NCBI GenBank assembly: GCA_030699125.1
Contig: JAUYKM010000016.1
Coordinates: 12,845 to 76,844 of the forward strand
Origin: Candidatus Daviesbacteria bacterium
Lineage (GTDB): Bacteria; Patescibacteriota; Microgenomatia; Daviesbacterales; UBA10151
DNA length: 64,000 bases
Reading direction: 5' to 3'
The notes below the pieces were generated by a model. The model saw only the letters and a program-made list of their open reading frames with translations. It did not search any database and had not been told where the DNA came from. Positions 57,182 through 64,000 of this stretch are shown piece by piece; positions within the stretch are counted from its first letter, which is position 1, and every line of letters starts with the position of its first letter. The translations under genes were made by a program, and so were the position numbers.

Positions 57182-58552
57182 ATGACTAGTAACCAAAATC
57201 CTGAATCATTACAACTTACCCCTTTAACTTCTTTATCAGAATTTATGACTGCTAATCTGCAGATTGATGAAGAAAAAAGAGAAGGAATCAGCCCGGTTGG
57301 TATTATTCTTTATGCTGACAAAAGTAAAATGGTACTAATTGGTTCCCGCACTAATGAAAAGTTTAAGGGAGCTTTAGTTTGTAGCTATCAAGACACCCCT
57401 GAAGGATTTGATCCAAGTCTGGTAATTGATGGAAAAAACAGAATTATAGATTTGAGTGATTACCATGAATTAAAAGTAGCACAAGTCACTTTTGGTGGTG
57501 CTGATATAAATACCTATCGATCAATTCGTACCCTACCCTCAGTGATAGTCAGAATGCATACCCAAAATCCCATGACTAATCAGGAAGAAATTGTTAATGT
57601 AGATGAGGAAGAATTATTAAGAATTTTTACAGGTGAGGCAGGTGGAATTGCTGTTTTTTCCGGAGCCAGTTTAACAGAAGAAAATGCTTTGGTGGTTGAC
57701 AAAGATACACAGGATAAAAAATCGGGTTTAGTTTTTTTTATGCATCCTGATACTGACCCTACTACAGGATTTGATTCTGTGGCAGGATTATATTCTTTTC
57801 TTAGAAACTTAAACAAAGAATTTATTGATACCCCTCGATATCCTTTGCAAGCGCAATCTTTACATGCTTTTGATTTTGGTTTGAAAGATGGTTTGTATGA
57901 TTTTGGCGGCATAGAAGTCAGGGAAGAGCTTTTTAGGACCCAAGTTATTGCCAATACCAGGCTGGCTGCCAGATTGCACCAACCGCGATATCAGGAATTT
58001 TTAAATTCACATTTGCCGGATGTGAATACACCTGCTTGGGCCAGCTTTGTCAGAAGAATTTTAATGATAATTGGTATAAAAGATACGGATTTTAAACAAC
58101 TAGCTAACAGGTCAATTGATAGACTAATCTTAGGAGAGGACGTTCCAGATGAAACTTTACTTCTCCCTGAACCAAAGCAACAAAAAGATAATAATTTTTT
58201 CCTAAAACTTAGAACTACTAAAGCTAGGGATATCTGGCAACAAATAGGTGATAAATATACCAATTATTGGTATAGTCGGAGTTTTATTGCAAATTTAGTC
58301 GATTTGATTGCTGAAGCTGAATCCTTATATGAAATTGAGGATGGAATAATTTCTTTACAAAGATTAGGGGATTCAAGCTTTAAAAATATTAATTTTGGAT
58401 ATAAATTAGATATACACGCAAAGGAAAAAAGAATTAAATGGAGTGACGCTTATTCTAATGAACATAAAGGTGAAGAACTACTCCAATACCTAATGGCAGA
58501 GGCTTTGGAAAAGAAAAAACAAATTGAAGCGTCAATTCCAATGACATTCTGA
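57182..58552 (+). CDS. Hypothetical protein
   Basis: 456-aa ORF; TATAAT 7 nt upstream of the ATG; no recognisable motif. Confidence 0.7.
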   Translation: MTSNQNPESLQLTPLTSLSEFMTANLQIDEEKREGISPVGIILYADKSKMVLIGSRTNEKFKGALVCSYQDTPEGFDPSLVIDGKNRIIDLSDYHELKVAQVTFGGADINTYRSIRTLPSVIVRMHTQNPMTNQEEIVNVDEEELLRIFTGEAGGIAVFSGASLTEENALVVDKDTQDKKSGLVFFMHPDTDPTTGFDSVAGLYSFLRNLNKEFIDTPRYPLQAQSLHAFDFGLKDGLYDFGGIEVREELFRTQVIANTRLAARLHQPRYQEFLNSHLPDVNTPAWASFVRRILMIIGIKDTDFKQLANRSIDRLILGEDVPDETLLLPEPKQQKDNNFFLKLRTTKARDIWQQIGDKYTNYWYSRSFIANLVDLIAEAESLYEIEDGIISLQRLGDSSFKNINFGYKLDIHAKEKRIKWSDAYSNEHKGEELLQYLMAEALEKKKQIEASIPMTF

Positions 58553-58595
58553 CCTATACAATATCTTTTCCCCAATGTTAAAATAAGAACAACTT

Positions 58596-60641
58596 ATGCT
58601 TGAGAGAATTATTCCTTACTGCTTTTATGTCCTATTTTTTCTGACCCCTCTTTTTTGGACTTCGAAAAATTATGAACTTTTTGAGTTTAATAAAATGCTT
58701 TTGGTTTATAGTTTTACGGTAATAATTGTGGGTGTATGGATTCTCAAAATGATCCAGCAAAAATCCTTTATTTTTAAAAGAACTCCCCTGGATCTTCCTC
58801 TGCTTTTATTTTTATTAGCGAACATTTTAGCAACTATTTTTTCCATTGATAAACATGTCTCAATTTGGGGCTATTATTCCAGATTAAACGGCGGACTCAT
58901 ATCCATCATTTCCTACCTATTATTATACTGGGCCTATTGTTCCAATTTTGATGGCAAAAATATCAAAAAATTATTTTATTTTGCTTTTGCCTCCGGTACC
59001 ATCATTTCCCTCTGGGGAATTTTGGAGCATTTTGGTGTCTCCCCTTCCTGTATTATTTTAAGAGGAGAACTCAATGCCTCCTGTTGGGTGCAAGATGTTC
59101 AAGCAAGAGTTTTTGCCACCTTAGGTCAACCCAATTGGATGGCTGGATATTTAGCCATGCTAATCTTCCCTGCTCTGTACTTTTTGCTCACTGCCAAAAC
59201 TAAGGTTCAACAAGTTAGCAGTTACTTGTTACTTGTTACTTTCTATCTGGCTTTCACCTTCACCTACTCCCGGGGTCCCACATTGGGTCTGATTGGAGGA
59301 TTTATTGTTTTTATTCTACTGTCATCCCCGCGTAGGCGGGGATCCAATTCCGAATCTAGCTACTTTAATTGGATTCCTGCATTCGCAGGAATGACAAAAG
59401 GGATAATAGTTATTTTGTTATCCTTTCTAGCCATAAATCTCCTTTTTGGTTCTGCCCTCACAAACTTCAAATTGGTCTCCCAGTTTGCAGCACCCACAAG
59501 ACCCACTATCTCTTTACCACCATCTTCCGTAACTCAGCTGGAACAAGGAGGCACAGAATCAGGACAAATTAGATTTATTGTCTGGCGGGGAGCTTTGGAT
59601 ATTTTCCGCCATTACCCCATCTTTGGCTCAGGATTAGAAACCTTTGCCTATGCTTACTACCAGTTTAGACCGGTTGAGCATAACCTAACTTCGGAGTGGG
59701 ATTTTCTTTATAACAAAGCTCATAATGAGTATTTAAATTACTTGGCTACTACTGGTTTAATAGGATTTTTGACTTACATGGGAGTAATCGGAACTTTTGT
59801 AATATGGTGTGTTAAGGGAATAATGAATAAAGAATTAAGAATTAAGCTTAATTCATCATTCTTAATTCTTACCGCTCTATTTGCCTCCTACATCTCCTAC
59901 CTAATTTACAACTTCTTCCTTTTTTCCGTTGTCATTATTGCTCTCTTTTTCTATATTTTTCCTGCCATTGCTTTTGTGGCAACTGATTCCACAAAACAAC
60001 TGAAGTTTCCAAAAAAACTTTTCACTTCTTTTATATACCGTCGTCCTGCCTATACAAAAGCAACTCAAGTTATTATTGTCGTTTCCATCTTCTATCTTCT
60101 ATTCTCCATCTTCCAACTTTGGTATACAGATACCTTATTTGCCCAAGGACAAAGAGCCTCTGATGCCGGCAATCCTGGTAGGGCATATAATCTTCTCACC
60201 ACTGCTCATGAGATAAGAGGTGATGAGCCTTTTTATCAATCTGAACTTAGCCTTGCTGCTGCTTCGGCTGCCGTGGCTTTAGCCGAAATAGGTGATGCTT
60301 CCTCCTCAGCCACATTAAAAAATGAAGCTATTTCTACTATTGAACATGTTCTAAAAAACAATCCTAATAATGTCTCATATATGCGAGCTGGTATTAGAAC
60401 CTATTTTGAGCTCTCAAGCATAGATGAAAGTTTTATTGATGATACACTTACGGTCATCGACCAGGCGATTCAGCTTGCTCCCACTGATCCAAAGCTTTAT
60501 TACAATAAGGCCTTGATCTTACAGCTGAATGGAAAGGATGCAGAGGCCATTGAGACTTTACAGAAAGCCATTGAGCTTAAACCAAATTATGTCCAGGCTA
60601 TTGATCAACTAAATGAAGCCACTGCCTCAGCCAGACCATGA
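58596..60641 (+). CDS. O-antigen ligase/Wzy_C-family membrane protein with C-terminal TPR
   Basis: RVFATLGQPN, TYSRG, RFIVW...PIFGSG and KAHNEYL motifs; TPR tail. Confidence 0.88.
   Translation: MLERIIPYCFYVLFFLTPLFWTSKNYELFEFNKMLLVYSFTVIIVGVWILKMIQQKSFIFKRTPLDLPLLLFLLANILATIFSIDKHVSIWGYYSRLNGGLISIISYLLLYWAYCSNFDGKNIKKLFYFAFASGTIISLWGILEHFGVSPSCIILRGELNASCWVQDVQARVFATLGQPNWMAGYLAMLIFPALYFLLTAKTKVQQVSSYLLLVTFYLAFTFTYSRGPTLGLIGGFIVFILLSSPRRRGSNSESSYFNWIPAFAGMTKGIIVILLSFLAINLLFGSALTNFKLVSQFAAPTRPTISLPPSSVTQLEQGGTESGQIRFIVWRGALDIFRHYPIFGSGLETFAYAYYQFRPVEHNLTSEWDFLYNKAHNEYLNYLATTGLIGFLTYMGVIGTFVIWCVKGIMNKELRIKLNSSFLILTALFASYISYLIYNFFLFSVVIIALFFYIFPAIAFVATDSTKQLKFPKKLFTSFIYRRPAYTKATQVIIVVSIFYLLFSIFQLWYTDTLFAQGQRASDAGNPGRAYNLLTTAHEIRGDEPFYQSELSLAAASAAVALAEIGDASSSATLKNEAISTIEHVLKNNPNNVSYMRAGIRTYFELSSIDESFIDDTLTVIDQAIQLAPTDPKLYYNKALILQLNGKDAEAIETLQKAIELKPNYVQAIDQLNEATASARP
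59321..59395. repeat. 75-bp composite inverted pair of family A elements, in frame
   Basis: GTCATCCCCGCGTAGGCGGGGATCCAATT...AATTGGATTCCTGCATTCGCAGGAATGAC; encodes SSPRRRGSNSESSYFNWIPAFAGMT. Confidence 0.87.
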
Positions 60642-60904
60642 AGAAAATTGGCAAAATCATTGCCGAGACTCACTTTAAGGACCGTCCTAAAAATATTGCT
60701 TATGAGTTTCAAGAGTTTGGAGTCTTTTTAGCAGAAAGCTTGAATGATACCAAACGTTATAGTCTCTACATTAAAATGGCCAAGGAATTGCCCAGGCCAA
60801 TACTGGAAGAAGCCTTAAACTTCACCAAAGGTTATTATGGAGCCAAAAATAAAGCCAAAGTATTTATGTGGAAGCTTAAGGAATTAAGATTGCAAAAGTT
60901 GTAA
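60638..60904 (+). CDS. Hypothetical protein
   Basis: 88-aa ORF translationally coupled (ATGA overlap) to the upstream gene. Confidence 0.7.
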   Translation: MKKIGKIIAETHFKDRPKNIAYEFQEFGVFLAESLNDTKRYSLYIKMAKELPRPILEEALNFTKGYYGAKNKAKVFMWKLKELRLQKL

Positions 60905-60915
60905 AATATAGGGGG

Positions 60916-61254
60916 ATGGATAATACTGAAATCGAAGGAACAATATTTGCCGAGGCTTCTCATAAATTGGATTCATTCCTAGAAGAATTAAACTCGCCGG
61001 AAACACCAGATTATATTCGACCAAATTGGATCATGAAACGTCTTCCCTACATAAGTAGGTATGATCTTTATAAATGGGTAAAAAGCGGTTTTATCCCTGA
61101 CGAAATGATTCAGAAAAAGAACAAACGATCTTTTTTTGCCCATGATGGAGCGGAATTAGCTGGTTATATTGGTTTTTTTAGAGTAGAGGGTGCCCCATTA
61201 GAAAAGTCAGTATCAATGGCACAAAGACATTTAAAAGGTGAGCGACCTTTTTAA
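60916..61254 (+). CDS. MerR-type HTH-like protein
   Basis: ISRYDLYKWVKSGFIP...RSFF...IGFFRVEGAPLEK resembles a MerR HTH. Confidence 0.45.
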   Translation: MDNTEIEGTIFAEASHKLDSFLEELNSPETPDYIRPNWIMKRLPYISRYDLYKWVKSGFIPDEMIQKKNKRSFFAHDGAELAGYIGFFRVEGAPLEKSVSMAQRHLKGERPF

Positions 61255-61289
61255 TTGCTCCAATTTAGCCTAAATGCTACAATTCCCCT

Positions 61290-61823
61290 ATGCAAATAGT
61301 TTATGCACCTGATCCCAGGCTGAGAATTCAAGCTAAAAAAGTTAAAAAAATTACCCCTGCCCTTTTGCAAACTTTAAAAGAGATGATTAAACTTACCAAA
61401 ACCTTTCATGATCCTGAAGGAGTGGGTTTAGCCTCCACTCAAATAGGAATGGATGCGGCCTTTTTTGTAGCCAAAAATGTGAATGCCAAAGGAAGATCTG
61501 GGGGATTTCTCTCTGTAATAAATCCCAAAATCCTAAAATGGGGAAAAAGAACCAAAAAATATTTTGAGGGTTGTTTGTCTACCCCCAATATTTGGGGTGA
61601 GGTCAAAAGATATACTAACATTAGGATTTTATACCAAGATATAAACGGCAAAACTATCAACAAATCCTTAAAAGGGGTTTCTGCCTGGATATTTCAACAC
61701 GAAGTTGATCATCTTAATGGTATTCTCTTCCAGGATCGGGTTTTGGAACAAAAGGGTAAGTTTTATAAATATACTGGTAAAGATAAAGCAGGAACGGATA
61801 TATTTGAGGAGGTGACCATTTAA
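61290..61823 (+). CDS. def: Peptide deformylase
   Basis: GVGLASTQIG, EGCLS and QHEVDHLNG motifs. Confidence 0.97.
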   Translation: MQIVYAPDPRLRIQAKKVKKITPALLQTLKEMIKLTKTFHDPEGVGLASTQIGMDAAFFVAKNVNAKGRSGGFLSVINPKILKWGKRTKKYFEGCLSTPNIWGEVKRYTNIRILYQDINGKTINKSLKGVSAWIFQHEVDHLNGILFQDRVLEQKGKFYKYTGKDKAGTDIFEEVTI

Positions 61824-61835
61824 GGTCATGACATT

Positions 61836-62543
61836 ATGAAGAAATTAAAAGTTGCTTTCTTGGGCACACCATTATTCGTTCAGCCAATTAAAAAAGAATT
61901 GGCAAAATACTTTACCTCAGCAGAATCATTAAACGAAGCAGATCTGGCAGTAGTTGCAGCCTATGGCAAGATTTTAACCAAAGATGAGCTGGAAACCCCA
62001 AAATTTGGCTGTATTAATGTTCATCCATCGCTCTTACCCAAATATAGAGGCCCTTCACCTATCCAGCAAACCATTTTAAATGGAGATAAAGTAACCGGCA
62101 TTACCATTATCAAAATGGATGATAGAGTAGATCACGGACCCATTATTTATCAAGAGCAATTAGAGCTTGCTGACATTGATAATTTTGCTACTTTGAGTAA
62201 GAAAGTGTTTCAACGTTCAGCTGAGATTTTACCCAAAATTATTGAGGATTTTAGTACAGGAAGGATAAAAACCATACCACAAAATCACAATCAAGCTACA
62301 TATTGTGACAAACTAACCAGGGAAAGCGGCTATTTTGCTATTGATCATCCCCCGTCCACGGATAAATTGGAGAAAATGATCAGAGCCTACTATCCTTGGC
62401 CGGGAGTTTGGACTAAATGGAACGGGAAAATAGTCAAATTCCTCCCAGAAGATAGAATCCAAATGGAAGGCAAAAGGCCAATATCCAAAAAGGACTTCTT
62501 AAACGGCTATCCTAATTTCCCTATGAATAATACTCATAATTGA
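61836..62543 (+). CDS. fmt: Methionyl-tRNA formyltransferase (compact)
   Basis: FLGTP, VAAYGKIL, INVHPSLLPKYRGPSPI and IRAYYPWPG motifs; follows def. Confidence 0.93.
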   Translation: MKKLKVAFLGTPLFVQPIKKELAKYFTSAESLNEADLAVVAAYGKILTKDELETPKFGCINVHPSLLPKYRGPSPIQQTILNGDKVTGITIIKMDDRVDHGPIIYQEQLELADIDNFATLSKKVFQRSAEILPKIIEDFSTGRIKTIPQNHNQATYCDKLTRESGYFAIDHPPSTDKLEKMIRAYYPWPGVWTKWNGKIVKFLPEDRIQMEGKRPISKKDFLNGYPNFPMNNTHN

Positions 62544-62580
62544 ATTTTTGCAATTAAATTGTATAATCCTAACTTATATT

Positions 62581-62928
62581 ATGTCTGGTCATCCTGAATC
62601 AACGCAATCAATGGATTTTAGAGATAAATTTAAACAGCTTCGTCAAAGAGTAGGAGTTGAACAAAAAACCATAGCCAAGGTAATCGACATACGCCGTGAA
62701 ACCTATAATAGGTGGGAGCGAGGAAAAGGAGATTCTTTAGTAAACGAGAAAATTATACTTTTGGCCGGTTTTATTCTCACTAAACTACAAACAGAGCCAG
62801 ACAGAGAAATACTTATTCAGGCAATTAAAGATGAAATACCCCGACCGCAAGTCCTTCAACTAAGAAAATCTTTACGAGGCAACTTATCCTTAATCAACCA
62901 ATTAAATAATAAATTATCTCATACTTAA
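62581..62928 (+). CDS. XRE-family HTH protein
   Basis: FKQLRQRVGVEQKTIAKVIDIRRETYNRWERG. Confidence 0.75.
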   Translation: MSGHPESTQSMDFRDKFKQLRQRVGVEQKTIAKVIDIRRETYNRWERGKGDSLVNEKIILLAGFILTKLQTEPDREILIQAIKDEIPRPQVLQLRKSLRGNLSLINQLNNKLSHT

Positions 62929-62935
62929 ACCGATT

Positions 62936-63211
62936 CTACGATTTTCCATTATCTTCTGACATACCCAGCTGATCCAACCTGAAAATTTTTGACCTACCAT
63001 CTACATTTACTATACCTTGATAACCCATTGGCTGCCTTCTCTTTCTTGTTGAAGGACCAGACAAATAGTACGGTAGTAGTCTCGTAGTTTCCTCCTCAGA
63101 TAAAACTTGTAAGATAGGTTCTATGTCTCTAAAAATATGGCCGTCGGGAAGGATTTTTATAAATCCCGATTTATCTCCGTTGGTATTCCTAGTTTCTAAT
63201 CTATCAACCAT
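62936..63211 (-). CDS. Hypothetical protein
   Basis: 91-aa ORF with an upstream TTGAAA...TAGAAT promoter. Confidence 0.5.
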   Translation of the reverse strand: MVDRLETRNTNGDKSGFIKILPDGHIFRDIEPILQVLSEEETTRLLPYYLSGPSTRKRRQPMGYQGIVNVDGRSKIFRLDQLGMSEDNGKS

Positions 63212-63326
63212 TTCGTTGTTATTCTATACCAGATAGAGGCTTAATTTCAATCTTAAACTTCCTAACCGGCTACCCCAATTTTCCTTTGATTTCTCTTTCC
63301 TAATAAAATTTATTATAATTTAAATC

Positions 63327-64000
63327 ATGCAAGCTGAACAAAAACCAAATTTTTTAGAAAGAGTAGCGGTTAAAGGGCTATTATTTTTAGAAGACCATCT
63401 TGAGAAGAAACCTTCTCCCCCAGTTGACTGGGCAGAAAGAAGACAACTTTTACAGGAAGTGGGTGGAAGTTTCTTGCTAGTCGGAACAGCAGCCATTGCT
63501 GGAACAGCTTTAAGATTTATATGGGAGCATTATCAGAATGAACAAATTGCCCGAAAAAGAGATGCTTACTTACAAGCATTAAAAGAAAGGGAAGATTATT
63601 ATGGAATCAGTTGGCAAAGTTCTCCTGATGTACAACTGGCTATAAAAAAGGCGAACGAGGATCCCAACCTAAAAGTATTAGGATTAAATAAACTTGGTAT
63701 TCGTATTTATTCACAAGGTAATACCTTCTTCTATCAATCATCTAATATGGCTGTGTTGGCAGTTGATAAAAAAGCTTTAGATAGTTTTTTACGAGAGAAT
63801 GAAAAAACAAAAGAAACACTTGCTTTTATCATAAGTGATCAGCAGACTCCAGCACCAAATATCTCAGGTATTAATAACTTTAGATTGGAACTCAAAATCG
63901 AAAAGCAACCACCTACTATAACTCTGAATACTTCCCCTAAGCAAATTGTAGGAATAAATCTTTCTTCCAATGTTGCTGCCATTTATGAATCTTATCAAAA
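63327..64000 (+). CDS. Hypothetical membrane-anchored protein, 3'-truncated by the window edge
   Basis: Open frame from ATG 63327 (MQAEQKPNFLERVAV...RRQLL...FLLVGTAAIAGTAL) to the window end. Confidence 0.7.
   Translation, partial: MQAEQKPNFLERVAVKGLLFLEDHLEKKPSPPVDWAERRQLLQEVGGSFLLVGTAAIAGTALRFIWEHYQNEQIARKRDAYLQALKEREDYYGISWQSSPDVQLAIKKANEDPNLKVLGLNKLGIRIYSQGNTFFYQSSNMAVLAVDKKALDSFLRENEKTKETLAFIISDQQTPAPNISGINNFRLELKIEKQPPTITLNTSPKQIVGINLSSNVAAIYESYQ

Noticed and set aside
63241-63310. Possible stranded gene tail (LGKRNQRKIGVAG*) on the minus strand
   Set aside because: No matching parent gene in the window, and part of the segment is explained as a promoter.

Overview
AT-rich housekeeping-dense chromosomal segment using genetic code 11. 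Gene content and style suggest a Patescibacteria/CPR bacterium, probably Microgenomates; this is inferred from the short EF-Ts, the trigger factor lacking an FKBP domain, the membrane-anchored Clp ATPase, the PaaX/Cas2-like gene and many ORFans. It carries a de novo purine cluster (purH, two purP, purA, guaA, purQ, purL, a purN-purD fusion, purF), translation and replication genes (cysS, recR, dnaX, tig, proS, frr, tsf, rpsB), a pyrG-tmk-dcd-dcd-thyA-folA operon, topA, dprA, an mreB/mreCD-pbp2 locus split by pyrFEC/pyrD, and def-fmt. I saw no rRNA, tRNA, CRISPR array, integrase or transposase. Five signals are not explained by the gene list. (1) Two DUF4258 toxin-antitoxin cassettes each sit behind a housekeeping gene (guaA, topA) and are each followed by a displaced, synonymously diverged copy of that gene's 3' end. 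(2) At least six families of GC-rich palindromic mini-elements, one matching the dRS3 consensus, are inserted in frame in about ten core proteins, along with degenerate heptamer tracts. (3) A PaaX/Cas2-like gene is bracketed by two related 36-bp palindromes with the same ACGGCCGT core. (4) A G8 frameshift interrupts a polysaccharide deacetylase and an in-frame TAG interrupts a large ORFan. (5) Many genes have a -10 box only 5-7 nt upstream of the ATG, implying leaderless mRNAs.
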